A DNA stretch of 64,000 bases. It comes from Amoebidium appalachense (Eukaryota; Protista; Ichthyosporea). Below, piece by piece: positions 1 through 11,830 of this stretch. Positions within the stretch are counted from its first letter, which is position 1, and the number at the start of each line of letters is the position of its first letter. The notes below the pieces were generated by a model. It did not search any database. It was not told the DNA's origin and was given only the letters and a program-made list of their open reading frames with translations. The stretch is from the NCBI GenBank assembly GCA_963693365.1, contig CAVNZM010000002.1:12704328-12768327 (forward strand). Direction: 5' to 3'. A program made the position numbers and the translations under genes.

Positions 1-372
1 CCCTTCCCCCCTCTTCCACACACAAACACATGAGAGCATACACCCACATTTACATTGCCATGAACACAAACACCGGCACAATCACATACACACCCAAACA
101 AAAACAAACACACTCACATATGCAGAAAAAAAGGAACATGAGTTCACACATACATACACGCACACACAAAGACACACACAGACACACACACGCACACACA
201 CATACACACACACACATACACACACACACGCACACACACACGCACGCAGGCACATGCACACCCACACGCACACAGGCACACACCCACACACACACACCCA
301 CACACACACACCAACACACACCCTACACACACGCACATGCGCACACACGCACACATGCACATACACACACAG

Positions 373-1228
373 TGTGCCACCTGTCCAACACCCACAAGCG
401 CAACATCCCTGGGCCCGACATCAGTGGCGTCTCCCTAGACCCAGCCCACTACCCTTTCTTTTTGGGCGTCTCCAAAGCCATCAACCCAATCCGCGCCAAC
501 ACCTTCGAAATGCACTTTCAAACCCCCCTCCACCTTTCATTTTCCATCGAAAAGATCCCCCCGAATTCATCATTTTCATCCGATCCCCCCACCAGCATTC
601 TCGACGTCGCCACCACCATGTACCGATTCCTGTCCACCGACGACCTAGCCGCAGAACTATCCCAAAAAGAGGGACCCATTCAAGAACTTGAACATTTGGC
701 CGCGAAATTTCAGGGAACTTTCAAGCGGGGAGTGGTGTGGGTGGGGTGCATTCCGGACCGGTTGATGAAATTGGTGGGGGTAATTATGACAAAGTGTGAG
801 TCGCTACTAAACTACGGCCCGTTCATTGCCAGTGCACGTGCTCTTGCTATGGTTCCCCCCGGTGATGCCCTACCGGCCGAGCGAACTACATTTTCACGAC
901 TGCCTCTCAGGTATGTTCATTATATGTACTATACAACATTCCACCTCCTCCCCTCCCCCCCCCCCCCCTTTGCATCTCCTCCCCCCCCCCCCCCCTCCAC
1001 ACACACACACACTCACATACACACACACAACCACCACCAACGGGCAAAGCCCTGACATATATGTTGACCCCCCCCCCCCCCCCCCCCCCCCCCGTTTTGG
1101 TGTACACTCGTCAGACATGTGTCTCTGCATAAGCAGTACCACCACCCACACATCAATGTACCCATCTACGTTATCCTTGGCCTTATCATTCCAAATATTG
1201 TAGCCTATCAACCCATATGTCCCCCCCC

Positions 1229-1275
<47 letters not shown>

Positions 1276-1419
1276 ACGCATGTCCCCGTATCCCACCACC
1301 ACTACTTCGAACTTCCATCCACCCACCCCTACAAGCACAAACCCTCAACCACGCCCTCGATTTCCATGTTTTCCAACTGAATTTTTTGGCTACCGCCCCT
1401 TTCCAGATGCCCTAATCGA

Positions 1420-1478
<59 letters not shown>

Positions 1479-1611
1479 ACACGCACGCACCGCCACCATC
1501 ACCCCCACCCTTTCTACACCTACACTATCATCACCACCACCGCCACTGTCCCTCTCCCCTGCCTCCCCAAATGCCTCTCTACTCTTTCCTCTTTTTCCAT
1601 TTAGAACCCAT

Positions 1612-1653
<42 letters not shown>

Positions 1654-1888
1654 ATTCCCCCCCCCCCCCCCCCCCTCCCCCCGGTAAGTTCATTGCACGG
1701 ATCTCGTTCTCCCTCTCCGCACCCATTGCCTTCGATAAGCTTCTTGCATCCTTCAACAACCTCCAAACTCTACATTACATCCCCCCCCCCCTCCCCCCCC
1801 CCTCCCCCACCGACCCCTCAAAACACAACACTGCTGCCACCACAACCACGACCACTACCACCACCGCCACCCACCATACCGTATCGAG

Positions 1889-1924
<36 letters not shown>

Positions 1925-2061
1925 CCTCACCAAGCCTTTCTCCTCACCTAGTGACCTTTTTCGACGTGTCTAGATGGTCATCCTGGCCCCCCCTCCCCCT
2001 CTCCCCCCGTCCTCCTGCCTTACCTTCAAACACATGCACTTAGTCTGCAAGCCAAGGTTCC

Positions 2062-2148
<87 letters not shown>

Positions 2149-2852
2149 GGCACACACAAACAGGCTAAGTCGAAAACTTCTTTGCTCGTACACAAATTTC
2201 GGAAGGCATGGTAGTTATAGGGGGTAGGACATTTTGGGTTGGCTCAGTCACGGAAATCAATCCCCCCCCCCCCCCACCCCCCCCCATCCCATCCCCACCC
2301 CACCCTCCACACACATAAATCCTTCCCCACCCTCCTCTGATTTCGCAATTTGTTTTATCGGAACTTCCTTGTGAATAACCAACCGTTCAATGTAAGAAAT
2401 CCTGAACATTTGCAACCTGACTCAGCGTCTCCAGCGAAATGGGAAAGGGAAGCCTTGAAGGGATTTTTTTCCCTCTAAAACCGCCAGAACCTAACCTCTC
2501 ATCCCCCCCCCCCTCCTCCCCTCCCCCCTCCAACCCCCCCCCCCCCCCCCAACCCGCCCTTCTCCCTCCCCTCCCCCCTCCCCCCCCCCCCCCCCCCAAA
2601 AAAAAAAAAAAAAAAAAAAAAAACCCCTCAAAACACAGGCGTGAAGAAGGGTGGCACGTAGACTCTTCCACTGGTCTGTGTGGGCTTCAGCTGTCCCTCG
2701 AACACTACCTCCTATTTGGTTCCGACACCGAAATAGACAAGTGTGCAAGTGCAAGGCTCCTTCTTCGCTTGTGGGGGGTGTCTGTCACTGTGGAGGAGGG
2801 TGTGTGTGTGTTGAGACCTAAGATCGAGGTTGAGGGGTTATTGCTAAATTAG
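373..2852 (+). CDS. 3' part of a spliced gene, protein of unknown function (5' exons lie outside the window or are unresolved)
   Basis: Complex-sequence exon 373-910 after a (CA)n-CAG acceptor (CHLSNTHKRNIPG...FSRLPL, donor GTATGT); probable exon 2164-2223 (LSRKLLCSYTNFGRHGSYR); last exon 2639-2852 (REEGWHVDSS...EGLLLN*). Splice phases are mutually consistent. No family recognised. Confidence 0.7.
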
Positions 2853-3696
2853 GAAATGGGATACCGTCTAAGTTTGGTAAATGCATGATGTGGGTGTAGT
2901 TTTAATGCTGTGTTTCAACGATGCAGTGCAACTGTTGCATTGTATGAGTATGCCGATATTGAATCGGAATTACCGGGTTTGTTCTCAACCCAGTATTTAG
3001 CAGTGATGTGTTTTCCCTGCGAGCAAACCTTTGGCAAAACTCCTTTACACGTAAATTTTCGTTGTTTGTTTCCTTACTTGTACACCCTTGCTTTTGTTTA
3101 AGCACGTGCAGACGAGTTCTTTCTTTTTTCTTCCTTTTTTTTTGTTGTTGTTGTTGGGGGGGGGGGGGGGGGGGGTGCGTGGGGGCAGGGGTGGGGAATA
3201 GGGGGGAAAGGAAGGGGAGAGTGGGGGGGGGGGGGGGGGGGAGGAGGCACGAGCGAGTCTAAATGATTGTTTGGCTTTAACCGTGTTATATACCTTTGGT
3301 TTCGTAGGGCTTGTACATACCAAGTCAACTTACCTGATTCATCGCAAGGAAACAACTGAATTTAGAAAACGGTCCAGCCGTGTACCCGGGGCACGGTCAA
3401 AGCATCTAGTCCTCCCCCCCCCCCCCCCCCCCCTTCTCCGTCCCCTCCCCCCTCCCCACCCCCCCCCCTTCCTCCCCCCCCCCTTCCCCCCTCCCTCCCC
3501 CTCCCCCCCCCCCCCCCCCCCCCCATGCGTTCCTTCCAGTCACCTGCCTGCCTGGCCTCTTGCCCGGAGGCTCTGTGACATCTTTGCCCCATTACGTTTC
3601 ATTTCACGGCCTTGGTTGGCTAAGTTGGAGTGCCCAAAAGGCACAAAGATGACTGTATAGCTGTGTCTGAAGAACAATTTATCATTCAGCCAGAAA

Positions 3697-3820
3697 TAGT
3701 CACAATCAATAGATACCCCCCCCCCCCCCCCCCCCCCCCCGATCAATAGATCCCTCCCCCCTGGGCCATAGTCGTAATCAATAGATCCCCCCCATAGTCG
3801 CAATCAATAGCCCCCCCTCC
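3697..3820. repeat. Degenerate minisatellite, about 4 copies of an (ATAGTCRYA)ATCAATAGAT-Cn unit
   Basis: ATCAATAG core recurs four times, each followed by a C-run. Confidence 0.6.
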
Positions 3821-4038
3821 CCCCCCTCCCCCCCCCCTCCCCCCCCTCTCACTGCCACCCCCCCTCGCCCTTCCCCCTCCCCCTCCTCCCCCCTTCCATG
3901 CCCTTTCTCTTCCATCTTAGCCTCCTGCAGATTACAGTGTCGGTGACTGAAAAGAAGTCTTCTTGGGAAATCGACAAAGGCTCAGGGCAAAAAGTGCTAT
4001 TCCAACCGGGGCCCAGCAGTGTGCCTGCCCTTCCCCCC

Positions 4039-4095
<57 letters not shown>

Positions 4096-4481
4096 ACCAT
4101 GTCACACACCACCGCCACCATTGGGTTCATTGCACCTTCAACACACACATACTCTGACAACCTATGTACACCGGCTACCCATGTTATTCTATTGCTCTCA
4201 TATGGGCGTGCTTTCCAATTGGCCTATTGTTGTGACTAAGGCTCTGAACACCAGGAAAACGAGCACTTGTAGCATCATTTTGTTTCCAAAGTGGAGTTGT
4301 GGCTTGCTAGGAATATACTCACACATCCACAGCCATCTTAATGAGATCATCCCCCCCCCCCCCCCCCCCCCCTCACTTTCCTCGCCCACTCCTGGGCACC
4401 CCCCCCCCCCCCCCCCCCCAACCCCCCACCTTCCCCCCCCCTCCCCCCCCCTTCCCCCACCCCATTCCCCACCTTCCCCCC

Positions 4482-4514
<33 letters not shown>

Positions 4515-5357
4515 AAGAAAAAAATAAAAATACCAACCACCCACAATCACCCCTAGACCCCACATCCTCCCTTCAGAAGTCATCACGGGCACATAAGAAA
4601 TCATCTTTCTGGACAACTAGTAATATGTTGCACCCGGCACATTCTCCCCCAAACCCATTGTACCCGCTCTGCAACAAGCCATCCTTTGGTGGGAAGTTGT
4701 CATGTTTTGTCGTTTGGGAAGTGCAACTTCTGACTAGCACGAGGACCAGAAAAATAGGCCAGTACCCCCCCCCCCCCCCCCCCCCCCCCACCCCATTTCC
4801 GATTTTTTTTTCACCTTTTAATAGGGTCTAATACAGTATTGCTGCCTTTTGGTGGGTACCGGTTCCAATATCACGAGCCTTTACTCCCGGATTCTCCCCT
4901 TCGACACTCTCTCCACATGACATCGTGTTCTGACGTGCACTTTACACAGACACATTCACTGAATATACGCTCAAGGGGTGCGTGCACATCTGTGGGTGTT
5001 CATCCTCTCCATGGATTTTCTCTCTCTGAGCCAAGTCCCGTCTCCTCCCCAAGTCATCCTTGTAGAATCTTCCCTCACTTCCCCCATTTAGGGATTCTTG
5101 ATTTTGAAACGGGGAGTGGGGTAGTAGTAACTTTGGGGGAAGGGGGGACCCACCCTCCCCTTTGGACAGGTGGGCCCCCTCCTCCCCGGAGGGGGAAGGG
5201 GAGGGACCCACCAACCCCTCCGGCTAGCAGGGGGAGAAGAGGGGGGGGGGGTGGGGGGGTGGGGGGGGGGGGGGGGGGGGGCACCCACCCCATAGGCTGC
5301 CATCATATTATTTATATCAGATAACCTATCACATAGTGAATATAATTAGCAGCTAAC

Positions 5358-5452
<95 letters not shown>

Positions 5453-5501
5453 CAATGTGTGTGTGTGTGTGTGCGTGTGTGTGTGTGACTGTTTGTGTGT
5501 G

Positions 5502-5572
<71 letters not shown>

Positions 5573-6356
5573 ACGCGCGCATGCGCGCGTGTGTGTGTGT
5601 GTGTGTGTGTGTGGGCGGGGGGGTATGCGTCAGTGGCCAAAACGGATGCAAGTGATCCAAAAGAAAAGAAAAAAAAGAAGAGGAAACAAAGAAAAGGAAA
5701 GAAAAAGTAACGAATACAACCTTTGGTGGGTGGAAAAGAGACCCTTAAACTTTAAGACCATGATCACGCGCATGCGGGGGACGCCCGGGGGGGGGGGGGG
5801 TGGGGGGGGTGCAGTGGCTATGGGAGGCGTGTGTTTGCTTAGAGAATTCCCTAAGGATGCCCGTCAATATGACACGGTGTGCTTGCATGTGTGTACACAC
5901 AGTATGTGCATGCACCAAGTGTGATTAAGTGCCCATGTGTACGTGTGTGAGTGGGCACGTTTGCGCTCGAGTGTATGCAACAAGGTGTGTGTGTGTGATT
6001 GCCCCAGAAACCAGTCCGAACAATGATTGTGGTGTACGCTTGTCTATGCGTGGGGGGGAAGGGGAGCACCACCCCACTCGGCCAGGTGGGCTCCTCCCCT
6101 CGGGGGGGGGAGGGGGGTGGTATAGGTGGGTCCCCCCCTCCCCCCCCCCACCGGGTACCACCAGGGGGAACTTCCATATTTACTACTCCCCCTCCTCCCC
6201 TTTCGAATTCAAAAATTCGATGATAACTGGTGCACACATGGACATTATGTATCACCTGACCACTGGCTGACAAAGCAAACCTGTGACACAAGTGCTCGCG
6301 CCCACAGGCACACACACGCACGCGCGCGCGCGCGCGCACACACACACACACACGTC

Positions 6357-6399
<43 letters not shown>

Positions 6400-6628
6400 A
6401 CACACACACACACACACACACACGGACACACGCACATGCACACGCACACAAAAACATGTGCACGCACACAACACACCGTGAGCGAAAATAAGCAGACGAG
6501 CATGGGGGGCTCTCTCTATCCCCCCCCCCCCTCCCCTCTTTCCTCCTCCCCTCCCCAACGGCAGGCAGGCCCGGGGTGCCAGGGAGAGAGAGGGGGGGAC
6601 GGAGCCTGAGAGAGAGAGCTGAGAGAGA

Positions 6629-6709
<81 letters not shown>

Positions 6710-7179
6710 AGAGAGAAGGATAGAGAGAGAGAGAGAGAGGGGGGGGGGGGGGGGGAGGGGGGGGGGGTGGGGGTGGGGGGGGCTCCCGAGCCCTCAGTAA
6801 AGCTTTTCCTTTGACTGGATTTATTTGACGGAAAGATATGCAAGTATGCACGGCATACTGAGAAGACAATAAAAACTTCACGAGTTAGGCAGTAACAAGT
6901 GCATACTGAGATACCTGAACACTGTGTGAAAATCATATAAATACTCAATGTGACGACCAACAGAATTCAACAAAAAGTCTAAAGTGTTCACATTGCCAGC
7001 CAGTGTAGCAGACACCCGTAGGGAAAGAGGTAAAACGCGACATAAAAACTCACGCCTATCAACATGCTTTCGATTAAAAAGTTCAAAAGTGGCACCAGCG
7101 GCGATGGAAACAAGAATTACAACGCCACTGCACAATTCCCAGGCAATATCAACATCAGAGCACCATACAGACTTATCTA

Positions 7180-8487
7180 CTAGGGTGGTATCCATACGTA
7201 CAGCAGGAGAAATGTATCCTGCCAAAGCTCCCAAAAAGCGATAATGATCAGTATGGCGTTGCCTAAGGAACATAACACATGCCGACTGAGTTTTACCTTT
7301 GATTTCTCTATCAGAACGAGAAAGAAACTTACACTGCGTATGGTAATAACTCGAAAAGGCAGAAAAAACAGGAAGAGAAAAGAAAGAGGGAGTGAGATAG
7401 CGAGAGGAAGAATCAGGTTGAAAGGAGTAGGCTGAGGACATTCAGAAGTGGCGTTGGTGAATCGGGGGGGAAGAGGGATGGAGGGAGGGGGGGGAAAGAA
7501 AGCATAAAGAGGGTGACCATCAGGTATCCTAACTAAATGAAAACAAAAACGAAGAGACAATTCCTCCATACGACAAACAGCAGACGACAATCCAAACATA
7601 CTGCTTAAGGTAGGCACAAACCGAGTACGAAACAAAGTGCGCAGCGCAGTACCCTGAAAATCGTCGAACTCTTTCAGCGCCACGGCAGCCTGGCGAGGTG
7701 GGGCGTAGGCCAATAGCGGAAGTCCATATTCGAAAGTCGACCGTAAAAAATTTTTATAGTAGAGAAGAAGGTTCGCAGGATGGATCACAGACCCCCGTTG
7801 AAACATATTTGACACGATGTGAAGCTTACCCTTCGCACGAGCGATCCGTGCCGTGAGGAGCTTGCGGAAATCAATACCCCGTGCAGTAAAAGGAATACCC
7901 AAATAGTCATAGGTGCTCTGAACAGGAATAGGAAGACCGGCCAATCGAAAGGAAGTGTTTTTCGAAAAAGTAGCACACTTTGCAATTCCGACTGTCATGA
8001 GATTCTCGGTGTACCATTGATCCACCTGACGAAGCATCTGGTGCATGACGTCTTCGGTTAAGGAACAAAGAACAATATCGTCCGCAAAAAGGAGACCCGG
8101 TACACGGCGTGTATGCAGTTGGCCAAAAGGTTCGAGGGCGCAGGCTAAATCGTCGATGAAAACGTCAAACAACAACGGACTCAGGAGGGACCCCTGCAGA
8201 AGACCCCGAGAACGAGAAAAACCGGGCGTTAATGTTCCATTGACCGCCGCTCGTCCGCAAGTGGTATCGAACAGGGCTTGCAGAAGACGGCCAAAGGGGG
8301 CTGGTAAGCCCCGCATAGCCAGCTTATGCCATAACAAACCAGTGGGTACGGTGTCGTAGGCGTTCTTAAGGTCGATGAAGACAACGTGCGGAGAGCCAGA
8401 AGTAATGGATTCATGGAGTAACAGGCTGTGAGTATAACACGAATAGGCATGACGAAAGCCCCCTTGAAGGGAAGAAAGACGGAACAC
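7180..8487 (-). pseudogene. Reverse transcriptase domain of the LINE (largest intact fragment)
   Basis: 435-aa ORF with non-LTR RT motifs including QGS..SP.LF and FADD; frameshifts at both ends. Confidence 0.9.
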
Positions 8488-9424
8488 GGCTTTTAAAGAA
8501 TCGTCGGTGTTAAACGCGCGATCAAAGAGCCGACGAAAAACGTTGGTAAGTGTGACGGGACGAAAGTCGTTAATGACCCCCTGCTATACCTTCTTACGAA
8601 CGGGCGTAACGATTGTGTCAAGCCACGAATTTGGAATAAACCCGAGTTCGTAAAAAGCCGAAAAAAACTCACTAAGAAGGACAGCAAAAGGCGGGGGCGG
8701 GGGGGGGGGGCTCTGCACGATTACGGGGCGGAAGCACGGGAGAAAGAACCTTGAAAAGCACGGGAGGAAGAGCATCCGGCCCGCACGTTTTGCGGGTTTT
8801 AACGCCCGTATAGCACCAAAAACAGCCGAAATGTTGAAATAACTGTGAAAATTGCCCGGGAACGATCGGTCCGGCTCCCAACTCGGCGGCTGGGAGAGGC
8901 CAGCGGGCGGTGATGGAACCGTGGACACGTCAGGAAGAGCAAATAGGAAGCATAATAGTCGTCAACGGATTCAGCGACGGAGATGGAAGGAGACGGGGCA
9001 TAGAATTGCACGGAAGGCCCAACCGACCGGCGGATTTACAAACCGATAATGCTTCCTGTAGAGGCAACAACTGTCGCAGGGACTGCAAAACGTGAGACTG
9101 TCTCAACCGAACGGAAGGGTACTCAACCGTGCCCACCACCTGCTCGCCAAGGGCAAATAGAAACTCAACAAACTCATTATAACAGACCTCCAAAATAGCC
9201 GGGTTCCGCTGCGTACGAGCGTCGCGCACTGCGGCAAGAAAGAAGCCATGAACCGACTCATACTCCTTGACAGCGATTAACTGGTTTAACTTGTGTTTGA
9301 AACCACGAGATAAGAGGCGGCGGTTAGTCTGAGTAGCCCCGCCGAAGTGAACAGGGAAGGAAACCGAAAATTCTACAGGGGAATGGTCCGAACTACGCCG
9401 TAAGGAATCGGGTGGGGAAATATT

Positions 9425-9854
9425 TGTTGGCGTGCAGACTTACGCTCACTCCACAATATGTGTATGTTAGCTTTACAATTGGTTCCGTGTACACAGACAC
9501 ACGCTGACACTCGATCACCACATGCACATCTGCATAGTTGAGGAATGTTGCCAATTGTGTTTTGACTGCAAACGATTGGTTCACTGGTCCCAGAGATCTC
9601 TAAATGAAAGTAACCAATCCGATTAGCGCCTGGCATCCGGATTACATTCCAGACTGCTGCCCCACGGGTATATAAGCCACGGCTCTGCCAGGTGCAGAAA
9701 TGGAGTTTAGTCATGGAGTTCAGTCATGGAGTTTAGTCATGGAGTTCAGTCATGGAGTGCAGCCATGGAGTTAACACACTGAAAGCAGTAAAAAACGGGT
9801 CAGCGCCCAAGCGCGCCACGACGACCCTAGTCACAGCGGACTCTACTTCCAACA
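9425..9854 (+). repeat. 5' LTR of the TRIM
   Basis: TG...CA ends with 6-bp inverted termini, CCAAT/ATTGG boxes, TATATAA at 9669-9675, and five 13-bp GGAGTTYAGTCAT-type repeats at about 9702-9771. Confidence 0.95.
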
Positions 9855-10162
9855 GGGTTATGGGCCCAGACACGACACCGCGGCCTCTAACTTCACGTCC
9901 CCTACGACGCCTTGAACGGAGGAGCCAGAAACCGACTTCTAGGCTGTACCCTACACCCGCGAGCGTATTTCCGTGAAGTAGAGACTTTCGCTTCCACAAA
10001 CTCCATCCGCAGCAGCCTGCAACATCAATGTGAACGTCAAGTATTCCACTTCATTGGCGGGGCACGCACCACAGTGGAATGCACACCCCGGTCTACCCTG
10101 CAAGCAGCCACACTCACTCTCTCTTCTCTAGTGGTGTGTACACTTCTCCAATTGGGTAGGGG

Positions 10163-10592
10163 TGTTGGAGTGCAGACTTACGCTCACTCCACAATATGTG
10201 TATGTTAGCTTTACAATTGGTTCCGTGTACACAGACACACGCTGACACTCGATCACCACATGCACATCTGCATAGTTGAGGAATGTTGCCAATTGTGTTT
10301 TGACTGCAAACGATTGGTTCACTGGTCCCAGAGATCTCTAAATGAAAGTAACCAATCCGATTAGCGCCTGGCATCCGGATTACATTCCAGACTGCTGCCC
10401 CACGGGTATATAAGCCACGGCTCTGCCAGGTGCAGAAATGGAGTTTAGTCATGGAGTTCAGTCATGGAGTTCAGTCATGGAGTTCAGTCATGGAGTGCAG
10501 CCATGGAGTTAACACACTGAAAGCAGTAAAAAACGGGTCAGCGCCCAAGCGCGCCACGGCGACCCTAGTCACAGCGGACTCTACTTCCAACA
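10163..10592 (+). repeat. 3' LTR of the TRIM
   Basis: Near-identical direct repeat of 9425-9854. Confidence 0.95.
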
Positions 10593-11679
10593 ATATTTAC
10601 TCGAAGGGTGGAGTCCCAAAACGAGGCACCCCGGTCAGTCGCGTGGTTGGCGAAAACGCGAGGAAGACGGACAAGGTGCTTTCGAAGAAGGTTGTCGAGG
10701 ACACGAGCACGGTCAGAAAAAGGACGAAACTGTGCTGGGGACGGGGTATGCATATGTCCCCTATCACACGGAACCACTGGACAATTGAAGTCATGATCAC
10801 CGGCAAAAACTTGAGAAACGGGAATTTGGTTAACCACGGCTGACAAAGTGTCAGTACTTTAACGACGGAGGAAAGTACACGAAAGACAAAGTCCACGCAC
10901 GAAACTGAATGGTGACGAAATACTCATGCCCAAGAGAAACCTAGATATCGTAAATTTTAAATACATGGCAAAGAGCCCACTACGGTCACTGCATTCCCAG
11001 AGGTTGAACACGAACAACGCAAGACACACCAAGTGGTACAAAGGTGGGGCGCAGACAGCCGCAGGGCATCTCAGACACCATATATGTCGTACATGAGCTC
11101 TTGAATTCGCGTGCTAGAAGTTAAATAAGCCACTCCGGACGGCCAAAATCATGCATGATGAAATGCGTGGGAGGACTCACGATCTGAGACGATCACTTTC
11201 CCACGCATTTTGCAAAATCTGCGTAGATTTGCGTACGCGCGCCCGCTCTCCCACGCATGTCATGCGTGTCACGCAGCTACGTCGTTTTCTTCTTGATGCC
11301 TTCTGCCCACAAAATTTACGGAAAGAGTGTTGAAATATGACGCTCACTGGCGAGTTGCCCAGTCAGCCGTCGCGGGATGACGCGATGGGGTGCTCAGCCT
11401 TCGTCACTAAATTCTACAATATAGAGAACATGACGTTCCCGTGCACGGATTCGAGCTTTGCCGACATATAATGTTCGTTATAAACATGTGCACGAACAAA
11501 CTCATAAATTGTAAAAGAAAGAAGTGCTCTACTGGAGTCATTCCGTTATCATACATATACATGTGCAGTGCACATTGTCACTACAGTGACTACACACATC
11601 CCACTGAAGTCACAACTTGGTGGCTTTCATTTGGTGGCAAAACGTTGGAATGTTGTCGGTGGAATCCTAGTGGCTCAGC

Positions 11680-11830
11680 TCTGCACCAATAGGAAACGTG
11701 CATGATCGCTCTCCCAATGCATCCAATCAAATTGTGAAAAGCCACGGCGAGTTGCTTAGGCACGTGGCTGCTACTTGACTCCAGTGATCGATTGGTTACT
11801 TATCCACCAATGAACCAATCCTCCAATAAA
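11680..11830. promoter_or_regulatory. Dense CCAAT-box cluster (NF-Y-like sites)
   Basis: Seven CCAAT/ATTGG pentamers within about 145 bp (near 11686, 11713, 11724, 11791, 11807, 11815, 11823). Confidence 0.4.

Larger units (their letters stand above)
9425..10592 (+). mobile_element. TRIM: non-autonomous miniature LTR retrotransposon of copia type, 1168 bp
   Basis: Two 430-bp LTRs (9425-9854, 10163-10592), each TGTTGG...CCAACA, differing at 3 positions by my reading. PBS GGTTATGGGCCCAG at 9856-9869. Purine tract GGGTAGGGG immediately before the 3' LTR. 5-bp TSD ATATT at 9420-9424 and 10593-10597. The 308-bp internal region has no gag/pol. Confidence 0.95.
6800..11090 (-). mobile_element. Degenerate non-LTR retrotransposon (LINE, APE endonuclease + reverse transcriptase), frameshifted and interrupted by a TRIM; ends approximate
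   Basis: RT motifs in ORF 7180-8487: FIDLKNAYDTV, GLLQGSLLSPLLFDVFIDDL, LLFADDIVL, YDYLGIPF. Upstream frameshifted pieces: KTCGPDAL, IPNSWLDTIVTPVRKK, NDFRPVTLTNVFRRLF (8500-8900). APE motifs: FVYFPPSL (~10870), AGDHDFN (~10800), SSDHSPV (~9385). The C-terminal region continues in another frame (6878-7441). Confidence 0.9.

Noticed and set aside
3930-4020. Exon-like segment (CTGCAG acceptor, ITVSVTEKKSSWEIDKG..., then a C-run)
   Set aside because: I could not link it to other exons or any protein family, so support is insufficient.
9702-9771. 13-bp repeats, and the 22-bp array at 21881-22057, as CRISPR-like arrays
   Set aside because: The units are head-to-tail with no unique spacers, there are no cas genes, and the context is eukaryotic.
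9373-10452. Duplicated 112-113-aa ORFs (MTKLHFCTWQ...) as a gene pair
   Set aside because: They are antisense readings of the two LTRs with no protein motifs.
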